The notes beneath the pieces were generated by a model that was not told where the DNA came from, searched no databases, and worked only from the letters and a program-made list of their open reading frames with translations. Below are positions 19,321 through 20,422 of a stretch of 20,422 nucleotides of DNA, piece by piece. The stretch is from Priapulus caudatus. Lineage: Eukaryota. The stretch lies in the NCBI RefSeq assembly GCF_000485595.1, contig NW_014577064.1:1124223-1144644 (forward strand), read 5' to 3'. Positions within the stretch are counted from its first letter, which is position 1, and each line of letters starts with the position of its first letter. The position numbers and the translations under genes are program-made.

Positions 19321-20383
19321 TGAAACAGTCATCGAAGCCTTGCCTACGATGTGAAACAGTCCCATCGAGCGTTCATACGATGTGAAACTCGTCCGTATGA
19401 GGCCTTCCTACGATGTGAACAGGTCATCGAGCCTTCCATACGATGTGAAGAAGTCATTCGAGAAGCCTTCCTACGATGGTGAAACAGTCTATGAGCCGTC
19501 CTACGCATGTGAAAACAGTCCATGCGAGCCTTCCTACGATGTGAAACAGTCATCGAGCTTCCTACGAGGGTGAAACGTCATCCGAGCCCATCTACAGATG
19601 TGATAACAGTCCTACGAAGCCTTCTTACGATGTGAAACAGTATCGAGCCTTCCTACAAGTGAAACAGTCCGTAGAGGCGCTTCCTACGATGTGAAAGCAG
19701 TCGTCGAGCCTTCTACGTTGTGAAACAGCTCCTTAGAGCGGCCTTCCTACGATGTGGGAAACAGTCATCGAGGCGCTTTCCTACATGTGAAAGCAGTGCG
19801 TATGAGCCCTTTCCTACGATGTGAAACAGTTCCTCCGAGCCCTTTCCTACGATGTGAAACAGTCCATCCGCGGCTTCGCTACGATGTGAAACAGTCGTAG
19901 TAGGCCTTCCTAACGATGTGAATACAAGTGCGTAGAGTCTTCGCTACGATGTGAAACAGTCATCGAGCGTTCCTATGATGTGAAACAGTCGTAGAGGCGC
20001 CTAATCCTACGATGTGAAACAGTCGTAAGAGCCGCTTCCTCACGATGTGAAAGCAGTCGTAGAGCCTTCCTACGCTGTGAAACAGTGCATCGAGCCTTCT
20101 CTACGATGTTGCAAACAGTCGTTAGAGCCTTCCTACGATGTGAAACAGTCCTCGAGCGCCTTCCTACGATGTGAAAACAGTCCGCTAGAGCCTTCTACGG
20201 ATTGTGAAACAGTCCCGTCGAGCCGCTTGCCTACGATGTGAAACATGCGTAGAGGCCTTCCATACGATTGTGAAACAAGTCGATAGAGCCTCATCCTAAC
20301 GATGTGAAACACGTCGTAGAGCCTTCCTACGATGTGAAAGCAGTCGTAAAGCCTTCTACGATGTGAAACAGTCGTAGAAAGCC
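19321..20383. repeat. Tandem array of about 34 units, 29-nt consensus GAGCCTTCCTACGATGTGAAACAGTC(ATC/GTA)
   Basis: Head-to-tail units with no unique spacers and many 1-2 nt insertions. Confidence 0.95.
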
Positions 20384-20422
20384 GCACGCGCCCGCCTTTT
20401 TCCCCCCCCTAAAATCTCGCCT

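Noticed and set aside
19321..20383. CRISPR-like array (29-nt hairpin repeat with GAAAC)
   Set aside because: Units are head-to-tail with no unique spacers, there are no cas genes, and the context is a spliced eukaryotic locus.
19321..20383. Hammerhead ribozyme / retrozyme satellite (GAAAC...GTC)
   Set aside because: No CUGANGA core on either strand, and the unit is too short.
18812..20387. Repetitive ORFs (VYSVYS..., SHRRKA...)
   Set aside because: Translations of tandem repeats in probably error-rich sequence.

Overview
Eukaryotic (invertebrate animal-type, intron-rich, AT-rich) genomic DNA with three conserved genes. (1) The 3' part of TRRAP (FAT end, pseudokinase, FATC) as one GC/CpG-rich, intron-free stretch on + (2..2449). 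(2) A complete 9-exon NudC gene on - (13235..6796, 339 aa), convergent with TRRAP. (3) Fourteen exons of HGSNAT on - (18869..13941; 5' exons not found in the window), ending about 700 bp upstream of NudC. Non-coding DNA holds a decayed CR1/L2-like LINE reverse transcriptase split by two opposite-orientation copies of one MITE inserted at similar target sites, several other MITEs (one carrying TTAGGG repeats), a ~255-bp-arm inverted repeat in NudC intron 1, micro/minisatellites, and a noisy 29-nt tandem array at the right end. There is no CRISPR array or prokaryotic system, and I cannot establish a new biological system. The best leads are the target-biased MITE pair, the long intronic hairpin, the intron-free GC-rich TRRAP exon, a GC-AG intron and the tight HGSNAT-NudC junction. 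All coordinates were read by hand.
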